Of a stretch of DNA of 32,169 nt, positions 1 through 10,000 are shown piece by piece. Position numbers and translations under genes: made by a program. Each line of letters starts with the position of its first letter. The stretch's first letter is position 1. Origin of the DNA: Nemertoderma westbladi. Taxonomy: Eukaryota; Animalia; Xenacoelomorpha. The stretch is taken from contig JAUCBJ010000655.1 of NCBI GenBank assembly GCA_032718475.1, positions 1 to 32,169 of the forward strand, read 5' to 3'. The notes under the pieces are model-generated. The model made no database searches. It was given only the letters and a program-made list of their open reading frames with translations, and was not told where the DNA came from.

Positions 1-139
1 TAACATTGTTAATTCGCACGTGATTGGTCAAGGTTCTATTGGAGTGATATTAAATAAATTATCTTAAATAAATTAACTCTACAGATTATCTCAACCGGAT
101 CTAAGTTACTATCGGATGTGGAAAACAATCATTGTAGAT

Positions 140-1530
140 ACACAGTTCGAATTCAGAAATAATATGATCTGGGTCATCCAATATCGTAGTAAAGATAATA
201 ACATCGATTCATAGGCTTTGAAAAAAAATACACCAAGACAATTCCTATAGCTCCAATGCCTTTTGTGCGGATATTTTTTTCTAAAGTATTCAGTTCTTTA
301 TCCTCGACTCACTCATTCATAATAAATGCGACCATGAATTCATTGGCGAGAAAATAAGGATATTATTTATTCAACTTGATTACAAGGCGGTTGGTTGCCC
401 TTATAGAAAGGGAATATATTTTGTGTGATATGTGAGGTAAACGTTCTCTTTGGCAATCAGTATATACCCCGGTAATGCTGTAAACATACCACCAATATTG
501 TTGTATTACAATGCCCCACCAAGCACTACCCCTGCCTACTGTGACATTGTTATGTGTTCAAATTTCCAAGCACTGGATAAACTCAAAGACAGGTAGGCAA
601 TGGCGCCTGATTCAAACGTTTGTTTCTATAGCGACTGCGTTTGGTTGTAGGTCCTTAGCCATATCTGGCTCGTTTAGCGTGGATCCTAATTTCTATACGG
701 CAGCGATGATGGCTGTGGTAGTAACGCACTAATTGATTTGAATAAACATTATGTGGAGAGAATGTAAAATGTGATGTTGTAATGCCTACAGCCAGTAGGT
801 ATTTCATTACCTACTTCTTTTCTTAAATCTCAACGCTTAAGGACACTGATTCACTGCATCGCTACTACCTGCTACGCCGATACAAATTGATATAATTATT
901 TAAATTGTACAGAGTTAAGTGTTCAGAGCTATTGTCTAACTAAGTATAAGGAATGCGAATACATCTGCTCACCCTTTTGAGATGTCGATTTCTGTTGTAT
1001 AAGTCGAATAAGTTGTGTGGTACGTCTACAGGCTTGGTTGTTCTGCACTACAAGACGCAATCAGCAGCTGTGCATGCATAACATGCATATACGTGGAACC
1101 AGCTAGCACTTAGATCGGTGCCTAGCTTTGAATTGTAATTAGGTTCGCAAAGAATGGCCATTCAGTTAATTTATGCATCAATAGAAGAAAGTCCAACGCC
1201 TTGGGATATTGTGGGTCAGTAATTCCAGGCTTCCATATGTAAATTCGTATATATATAATTGTACTGATATGATTTCCCGTCCTTTTATCTAATGACTTTG
1301 CTGAAGTCATATAAGAACCACAGGTCTCATTTCGATGGTTCATCTCAAAGCATAAAAGATACGATATTTAGATTTAATATACACAGGCGCGGCCTTGTCG
1401 TCGACAATTTAGTCGTTGTTAGGGCAGTGGTGGCGTTAGTTGTCGTCGACCACTTAGTCGTTGTGAGGGCAGCAGTGGTGGCGTTAGTTGTAGACCACGG
1501 TACGGGAGATGGGGGGGGGGGGGGGGGGAA
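140..1530 (-). pseudogene. Probable decayed trypsin-family (S1A) serine protease with Thr-rich stalk
   Basis: Hand translation of the minus strand gives motifs in chymotrypsin order but broken by stops and frameshifts: Thr-rich STTNATTAALTTT, ETCG, EWPFFANL (~1160), TAADCV (1071-1054, cf. TAAHC), TLNEPDMA (~665), IRRHCLP (~600), frameshifted VVLG/WG (~520), YWMTQII (~180). A candidate intron gtgagc(~972)..ttag(~730) restores His-Asp spacing. No GDSGG found; limits approximate. Confidence 0.45.
1397..1500. repeat. Short 45-48 bp tandem repeat (~2.3 copies), Thr-rich on minus strand
   Basis: gtcgtcgac(a/c)a(t/c)ttagtcgttgt(t/g)agggca(gca)gtggtggcgttagtt repeated; unit lengths are multiples of 3. 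Confidence 0.8.
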
Positions 1531-1727
1531 TTGAATTGCTCAAATTCAAAATAATCAATAAGTAAACGCAAGCGTGAGCAACGATTTTATCCGTCATTCT
1601 TTTATTTTATATTATGTTATTTTATTTTTTTTGTATTTAAACGTTCCTACTTTATAATGTTTATAATGATGATGCTTGCACAGGGAGCTGAGCCGGGGTG
1701 GAACCAGTAATATATAATACCCAGCAA

Positions 1728-4157
1728 TCAGCCATACCTAGTGCCGGCGGACCTCATGGTCAGCCGACAACATACCGCCACCAGATCTCGCGGTCAGCCA
1801 CACACAGTGCCGGCGGACCCAACAACATACCGCCACCAGATTTTACGGTCAGCCATACACAGTGCCGGCGGACCAAACAACATAGCGTCGCCAGATCTTA
1901 CGGTCAGCCATACACAGTGCCGGCGGACCAAACAACATAGCGTCGCCAGATCTTACGGTCAGCCATACACAGTGCCGGCGGACCCAACAACATACCGCCA
2001 CCAGATCTTACGGTCAGCCATACACAGTGCCGGCGGACCCAACAACATACCGCCACCAGATCTTACGGTCAGCCATACACAGTGCCGGCGGAAACAACAA
2101 CATACCGTCGCCAGATTTTACGGTCAGCCATACACAGTGCCGGCGGACCCAACAACATAGCGTCGCCAGATCTTACGGTCAGCCATACACAGTGTCGGTA
2201 GACCTCACGGTAAGCCATACTCCCATACACAGTGCCGGCGGACCCAACAACATACCGCCACCAGATCTTACGGTCAGCCATACACAGCGCCGGCGGAAAC
2301 AACAACATACCGTCGCCAGATTTTACGGTCAGCCATACACAGTGCCGGCGGACCCAACAACATAGCGTCGCCAGATCTTACGGTCAGCCATACACAGTGT
2401 CGGTAGACCTCACGGTAAGCCATACTCCCATACACAGTGCCGGCGGACCCAACAACATACCGCCACCAGATCTTACGGTCAGCCATACACAGTGCCGGCG
2501 GAAACAACAACATACCGCCACCAGATCTCGCGGTCAGCCACACACAGTGCCGGCGGACCCAGCAACATACCGTCGCCAGATTTTGCGGTCAGCCATACAC
2601 AGTGCCGGCGGACCCAACAACATACCGCCACCAGATCTTACGGTCAGCCATACACAGTGCCGGCGGAAACAACAACATACCGCCACCAGATCTCGCGGTC
2701 AGCCACACACAGTGCCGGCGGAACCAACAACATACCATCGCCCGATTTTACGGTCAGCCATACACAGTGCCGGCGGAAACAACAACATACCGTCGCCAGA
2801 TTTTACGGTCAGCCATACACAGTGCCGGCGGACCCAACAACATAGCGTCGCCAGATCTTACGGTCAGCCATACACAGTGTCGGTAGACCTCACGGTAAGC
2901 CATACTCCCATACACAGTGCCGGCGGACCCAACAACATACCGCCACCAGATCTTATGGTCAGCCATACACAGTGCCGGCGGAAACAACAACATACCGCCA
3001 CCAGATCTCGCGGTCAGCCACACACAGTGCCGGCGGACCCAGCAACATACCGTCGCCAGATTTTACGGTCAGCCATACACAGTGCCGGAGGACCCAACAA
3101 CATACCGCCACCAGATCTTACGGTCAGCCATACACAGTGCCGGCGGAAACAACAACATACCGCCACCAGATCTCGCGGTCAGCCACACACTGTGCCGGCG
3201 GACCCAGCAACATACCGTCGCCAGATTTTACGGTCCGCCATACACAGTGCCGGCGGACCCAACAACATACCGCCACCAGATCTTACGGTCAGCCATACAC
3301 AGTGCCGGCGGAAACAACAACATACCGCCACCAGATCTCGCGGTCAGCCACACACAGTGCCGGCGGAACCAACAACATACCGTCGCCAGATTTTACGGTC
3401 AGCCATACACAGTGCCGACGGACCTCACGGTCAGCCATACACAGTGCCGACGGACCCAGCAACATACCACCGCCAGATCTCGCGGTCAGCCATACACAGT
3501 GCCTGCGGACCCAGCAACATACCACCGCCAGATCTCGCGGTCAGCCACACACAGTGCCGGCGGAACCAACAACATACCGTCGCCAGATTTTACGGTCAGC
3601 CATACACAGTGCCGACGGACCCAGCAACATACCGCCACCAGATCTCGCGGTCAGCCACACACAGTGCCTGCGGACCCAGCAACATACCGCCGCCAGATCT
3701 CGCGGTCAGCCACACACAGTGCCGGCGGAACCAACAACATACCGTCGCCAGATTTTACGGTCAGCCATACACAGTGCCGACGGACCCAGCAACATACCGC
3801 CACCAGATCTCGCGGTCAGCCACACACAGTGCCTGCGGACCCAGCAACATACCGCCGCCAGATCTCGCGGTCAGCCATACACAGTGCCTGCGGACCCAGC
3901 AACATACCACCGCCAGATCTCGCGGTCAGCCATACACAGTGCCTGCGGACCCAGCAACATACCACCGCCAGATCTCGCGGTCAGCCACACACAGTGCCGG
4001 CGGAACCAACAACATACCGTCGCCAGATTTTACGGTCAGCCATACACAGTGCCGACGGACCCAGCAACATACCGCCACCAGATCTCGCGGTCAGCCACAC
4101 ACAGTGCCTGCGGACCCAGCAACATACCGCCGCCAGATCTCGCGGTCAGCCATACAC
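1728..4157. repeat. 55-bp GC-rich minisatellite, about 44 units, with higher-order structure
   Basis: Unit agtgccggcggacccaacaacataccgccaccagatcttacggtcagccatacac; 40-bp variant units at 2191, 2396, 2876; 32-bp variant at 3411. Confidence 0.97.
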
Positions 4158-4159
4158 TC

Positions 4160-4445
4160 TCCCAATTCATCACTGTTCTCGCGTATATATTCTCGCGTTT
4201 ATATTTGTTATTGCAGGCACCCTTAGGGACCATTCAGTTTTATCAGGGCGCCTCCACTATTTTTACCCCCAGCATAGCCAGGTTCCCATTATACCGCTGG
4301 GTTGGCTTAGGCACTAATGTCTAAAGTGTCTTGCTTAGGGAAACAATAATGCGAAATTTCTACAACCTTTAGTCGGTTTTGAACCTGCGCCACCAAACAC
4401 TATGATGAAAGCAGTTCAGGCGCCGTATCCTATGGACCTCCCCAT
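4160..4445 (-). mobile_element. tRNA-derived SINE with conserved central domain (CORE/Meta-like)
   Basis: Minus strand: B-box-like GGTTCAAAACC (~4386-4376), then gtttccctaagcaagacacttt...ccaacccagcggtataatgggaacctgg, resembling the widespread animal SINE body GTGTCCTTGGGCAAGACACTT...CCACCCAG..GTA.AATGGGTACC. Superfamily not firmly assigned; ends approximate. Confidence 0.65.
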
Positions 4446-4599
4446 ATCCCGAAGTATTTTTTTTTTTTAAATAAATACACCCTGGGAAGGGGCAGGGTAA
4501 ATAAGGAGAGTTCATTTTATAATTGATAACATAGTTTAACACAACGGTGCCAATAAAGTTTACTGATACCCTCTGTGCGCCTTTGGGTTGGGGTGCAGA

Positions 4600-4825
4600 T
4601 AAACAGGGTGGTTGAAGGGGAGGAACTTTCCCCTCTTCTTTTATTGATTGGCGGTTTTGTTAATTTTTTTAAATACAGATTTTGTGATAGAATAACTCAT
4701 ATTAATTTGTGTCTTATAAGTGAGCCTCGTGCTGCGCGAAGGCCCCACGATCGTGTTACACTTTTACTGCAACTGAAACTGCGCGAAGGCCCCACGATCG
4801 TGTTACGCTTTTACTGCAACTGAAA
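4600..4825 (-). repeat. Dispersed repeat (inverted homolog of 18069-18250) ending in a 47-bp tandem duplication
   Basis: gcctcgtgctgcgcgaaggccccacga and upstream tttattgattggcgg...atttgtgata align with the reverse complement of 18069-18190; 4732-4778 is repeated at 4779-4825. Confidence 0.7.
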
Positions 4826-5626
4826 TTGTGTAAATGTGGGCAATTCTAACTACTATCCATAAAACATAATAAGAATGAATGGAATTCCCCGAATTAATTG
4901 TTTGTAGTGCTTATAGTATAAGGAAGGAGGAAGCCAAATTGCCATACATCATCAGACATTTTAAAATGTTTACTACAGAAATGTAATGAAGATAATTATA
5001 TTTGTAATTTACATAGATAGCCATTGGTATGTTAATGTGTCTGTAAATGTTATGTTATAGTTTTGGTATGTATCCAAACTGTCGAATTTATCATATTTTG
5101 TAATGAATGATTCCTTGCTGTTATAAGTTCACAATATTCGCTTTGAAATATCGATCTTTGAACTGTTACACTCTCTCTGACCAATATTTGTAATAAAGTT
5201 GTATTGCTAGTTCCATTTATTATATATCGTAGTGTTTTAACACTCTATCTATGTTGCAATATGTAGATTAATTAAGCAAGGTTCTATTCTCTAGATTATT
5301 TGCAGTATAGGCACGATACTATACCACTTATTTAAATTACATTTGTATCAGAATATTGTCTTACGGAATTCATTGGTAAATATATGTCTGAATATTAAGT
5401 AATTAGTAATAATTTACTGCTTGGTAATTAGTAATTTACTTACATTTCTACTTACAAAATGACCACAAACACCTAATAATATCTGTCTGCATGATCAACA
5501 GTATTTATTATCATTTGGAAATTGACTATTTTTACTAGACTTATTATAATCCAGGATATATTAGATGGATTGGGCAACTATTTTCGGTTGAAAACATTTG
5601 TTACAATGTACACATTACAACATCGT

Positions 5627-5960
5627 AGGGAAAGAGAGCTGTGGTTCCCGTACGCAGTCAAATATTCTGAAAACGGCGCGAGGCTTGACAACTGCACGCA
5701 AATTTAACTCCCTGGTACTATAAATTTATAATTTTGTTTTCAATGTCTGAATGTACAGTATATGGTATAGACTAAGCGAATAAGTGAGTGTAATATGTAA
5801 TATTTCAATATTAAACATTCGATTTTAAAAACGCAGCTTTTCATTAATAATTAAATTTACTAATCCTGAATCAATCAGTTTACTTTATTACACGCGCCGT
5901 TGTCAAGCCGCGCGCGAGTGTCAGCATATAAGTCAACAGCGCGCATTGGTTTTCTCCCTG
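5627..5960. mobile_element. MITE-like element with ~70-bp degenerate terminal inverted repeats
   Basis: 5627-5700 (aggga...atattctgaaaacggcgcgaggcttgacaactgcacg) matches the reverse complement of 5891-5960 (caggga...atatgctgacactcgcgcgcggcttgacaacggcgcg); AT-rich interior; no TSD recognised. Confidence 0.6.
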
Positions 5961-6918
5961 AGAAGTCCGCGAAAAGGGCCGCATTGGGCTTTCGAAATAT
6001 ATTGATTAATAAACCATATTTAGTCTATTAATCGTCCAAATGTAACAAATTCCCCTCTTGCCATCCGCACCCATCCATTTGTCAACTTAAACACCATACC
6101 TTCTTTATAACCTTACCAACTGGTAGTTTGTTAGAATTAGTACGGTGCCTTTTATAATATCGCGATTTTTACTCTTTGTACTGCACTGTATAGCGCCCAT
6201 TGAAACCGGCGGTTAATTATTTAGTTTTAGTACACCTTAATACAAGGACACTGACACTCATTGTCTAGTTCAGTCCAATTCAACAACTATTGTGTCATCA
6301 TCACTTCAAAAGGACCCCTGGATTAGGTAGGAATTCCGTTGGGGGTTGTAATAAAGGTCACGGCTGGGTTGAACTAAATCCTAAATCATCCGAACAATAA
6401 CGAATAAACCTAGATGTTTGTGGAAAACCTCTGGCCATGTTTGTGGCTATAGTAGCCGATCTAAGGCATATCCAATTATGGGGGCTCCGCGGATAAAACG
6501 AATTAAAACTCTGCTCGAATTAGTGCAGAAAAAACGGATGAGAAGGAAATATTTGAAGGAAATTAATAAAACTTTATTAATTTTAATTTAATTTAATTTA
6601 AAACAATTTAATTAAGTAATTAAATTGTCTCCTGAATAAAATTCTGGTGACTAAAATTAAAATGAGAGTTCTGGCTTTAGATGCCAGAATTCGTTAAAAT
6701 GACGAATTTCTACAGTTCGCGCCCTTCGCATCATTTTGCGCTCATACGCTAATTTCGCAAAGTGAGCCCCCTCCCAGTCCACCCCCCCCCCCCCCCCCCC
6801 CCCACCTCCATTATACTATACAAGATCAAACAAATATTCTTCTCAAATTCATAAATAAATTAGATAAGTGCGCCATTAATGGAATTTCCGGATATGAATT
6901 AATATTTGGATGCACGTT

Positions 6919-6945
6919 GTTGCCTAGCGTTGTTGTCCCTGTAAC
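6919..6945 (+). promoter_or_regulatory. Two adjacent degenerate RFX X-box-like motifs upstream of TRPM
   Basis: GTTGCCTAGCGTT (6919-6931) and GTTGTCCCTGTAAC (6932-6945), ~85-110 bp before the inferred ATG at 7028; imperfect matches to GTNRCC-N0-3-RGYAAC. Confidence 0.45.
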
Positions 6946-7027
6946 ATTGTGTCGCATCCGCTATCATCCTGTCAGCACAGGTTGAGAGGGAGAGAGGGAT
7001 TATTTGCCTTGCGGGCAATTTCGGCTC

Positions 7028-7068
7028 ATGATGAGAGCTTGGCGTGGAAACAGTCCTTTTGAGTATAG
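7028..7068 (+). CDS. TRPM inferred coding exon 1 (MMRAWRGNSPFEY, phase 2)
   Basis: ATG at 7028, donor AG|GTTCGT at 7068/7069; phase 2 matches acceptor ttttattttag|T at 7668/7669. An alternative start at ATG 7745 cannot be excluded. Confidence 0.55.
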
Positions 7069-10000
7069 GTTCGTACAGAATATGTGGCAGCGATAATTTA
7101 TCTTACTAAGAATTCTTACTTTTTTAATCATTCGATTTATGATTTTTTATATTAATAATTATGATTACGCAGTACGTGTACTAGGTATGTACTGTATAGT
7201 ACAATTAGTGCAATTATAGTGCAATTTGGTATGTTACAATTACATTGGTTATTTTTTCCTTAAAGGCCTGTCATTTTAGGACATCATAATCTTATGGATA
7301 TGGAAAATTTTAAATTTTACTCTCGCTGTGAGCCGTATCGCAGCTGCGATACGGCGCTGTGAGTCACATAAACTACGACCGGTGTCCAAGGCTGAGATAA
7401 CTCCCTCTTGAAATGACTCCCCAGTCATCTCAGCCTAGGCTGAGAACACTCCTCAGTCGTCTCAGCTCAGCCTAGGCTGAGAACACTCCTCAAATTAAGA
7501 ATATAGAGCTAAACAATATACACTCACAGGTACTGTATTTTATTGAGTCCCCTGTTTTTTTAACATTCTGCTAAACTAATTTAGAATATTTTATTTTGTG
7601 CCCTAACATCCACATATTACTAGCTATATACGTGTTTTTCGTTACCTCATATATATTTTTTATTTTAGTCCCGTTCCTTCCGCCGATATCGAGGATGAAT
7701 ACCGGCGGAGAATCACCTCGACCGGAACCGAAATCGACCCCATTATGGATAAGGAACAGAGCGAATGGATTACCAAAACATTTACCAAATATAGCTGCTC
7801 AAAGTTTGTCAAGGCGAGTGGAAGATAATATTACTGGCTAGGCCTACTTAGTTATTTGATGCTTTTTATTTATCAAACATTTTTTAAATCCTTTGTCCTT
7901 TTTCATCCTATTGCAGTACTCGGTGTTTGTTCATCCAAAGGTAAAAGTGTGTCGGTTGGTTTTATGTTTTTTTAACTTGCAGCCGAAATTAAAATATTTG
8001 ATTATGTTTTAATAACATTCACATATTGATATTGTAATTTATTATTTGCTATAAGCTTGCCAGGGAGTTGGTGTGCTGTACTTGTTTAGGGCCTAGTTGT
8101 CAGCATTCCTGAAAGGTAGTAGTAGACGAGACTAGGGTTTGAAACCCATTTTCGAATCCGTTTTTTATTCGATTCCCATAGTGTTGTTTGTCCAAAGTAT
8201 AAGTAACTTATCGACACTGTTTGTTTTTTTAGGTTGCAGATGTCAGTCCGGCAGAAACCGACCCGTTCTGCCATTGTGGAACACGGATGCTCAAGCATTC
8301 ACAATTGGCGATCAAACAGGCCGACAACACCGGGCGAGGGGAATGGAATTGTCATACAAACTGCACACAACAACCAACGGATGCTTTCGGTAGAATAAAA
8401 TTTCCGTCGAGTTCCAACCGGGACCAACGACCCGATGCTCCCTACATACGTCTTGACATGAATGCAAAAGGTCCAGATATTCTCACCCTCTTCAAGAAGT
8501 ACTGGGGCCTCCCACCTCCCACAATGATGGTGATTATTCTCGGTAATAATGCGAAGCCCTGCGTTACCCGCGGACGGATGAGGCAAATATTCGAGAAGGG
8601 TTTGATGAAGATCGCCGCAATTAACGGAGTCTGGTTGTTTACTTACGGGATGAACGCTGGAGTGCCGGTGCAAGTTGGCAACGCGATCGCCCAGACTGTT
8701 CATAATAATAATTCGGGGCTAGTTGTGGTTGGGTTCACTTCGTGGGGCGTCATAGCTGGTAAGTCTGCGCTCGTCAAAAAAGGGGGTAACTACCCCTGTG
8801 ACTACACTTATAAGGAGAGTAATGTGTCTATCGACCCAGATCGTTTGCATATACCCCTGGAGCCCAATCATACCCATTTTGTGTTAGTGGACGAGGGCAA
8901 GTCTGGAGTGATTGGAAGCAAACAGGTAGTCTGGAATGGGTTTATGAAGGCCTTGAATGATCAGGGCTGCTTCGATGTGGAGGGCAACAGTAGAAGTATA
9001 CCAACTATATGTCTTCTATTCTCTGGAGACCCAAACACATTGGAGAACGTTCTCGAAGCACTCAAGGCGAAAACCGCTCTCATTGTGCTCGAGGGATCTG
9101 GCGATTTAGCTGATATGCTCGCCTGGTTACTCTCACGGGCTGGCGACTTGAAAGCAGACGAAAAACAGGATGCAAGTGGTAGGAAAGTTGTTCGATATAA
9201 GCTTGGGGGGAATTTAAAAGCAACTTTACGAGAGAGAGTTGTTGGTGCGTGGGGCGAGAAGGGTGTCGATTTAAACATTTCTCGCTTGTTCGAGTGTATT
9301 CTCCATCAAGAGCGGATCACGGTTGTTAAAAAGTCTGAAATGAACATGGATACAGTTATACTAAAGGCTATGATGAAAGCTAGTTGTGAGAGTAAGCTGG
9401 ATCAGGTGCAGATATGCTTGGATTGGGACCGCGTTGACATTGCGCGTGATTACATCTTCACTGGAGAGCATAAATTTGAGCAGAAGGATTTGTACCCGTA
9501 TCTTTACCAGGCTATAAATGATGATCAGTCGGAATTTGTGGATCTTCTCCTTGACAGTGGAATTGATTTAAAGAAATTCCTTACGGCCAAAACCCTGTTG
9601 GATTTTTACAACACTGTGCCTCCGACCAACGTGTTAAAGCGTTTTCTCGATGCCCAAAAGCACGGTCGCAAGAGGAAAACTGTTTTAGCTGACATAGGGA
9701 AAATTGTTAAGTATCTCATGGGGAATGACATCAATTACCACCCGATATACCTATATGACTCGAGGTATGCCGTAACATCTTTCCGAATCGCCCCCGAAGA
9801 AATCTCTGATAACATTGATGATGTGCGATTAGATACTATACAACCTGGTCTCAAACGAGATGGGAGCACAAAGGTGGCGGGCAATGGTGACTCCGGCGAC
9901 GACCATGTCGATCCACCAGTATCCACGGATGATCAGACCTTCGACGATCCTAACAGGGAACTTTTCCTTTTGAGTGTTCTGTTGGGTCGCGAGGAGATGT

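Noticed and set aside
1728-4157. CRISPR array (also considered for 30918-31421)
   Set aside because: No unique spacers, no cas genes, eukaryotic context.
1698-4324. Long ORFs (up to 664 aa) as protein genes
   Set aside because: They arise from a stop-free 55-bp unit; the period is not a multiple of 3, all frames give the same cycling peptide, and most starts are GTG.
4327-4344. X-box-like gtttccctaagcaag (minus strand)
   Set aside because: Part of the SINE body and far from any start; shows that degenerate X-box matches occur by chance.
8287-8289. ATG 8287 as the TRPM start
   Set aside because: The conserved CHCG lies upstream in frame, behind a clear splice acceptor at 8232.
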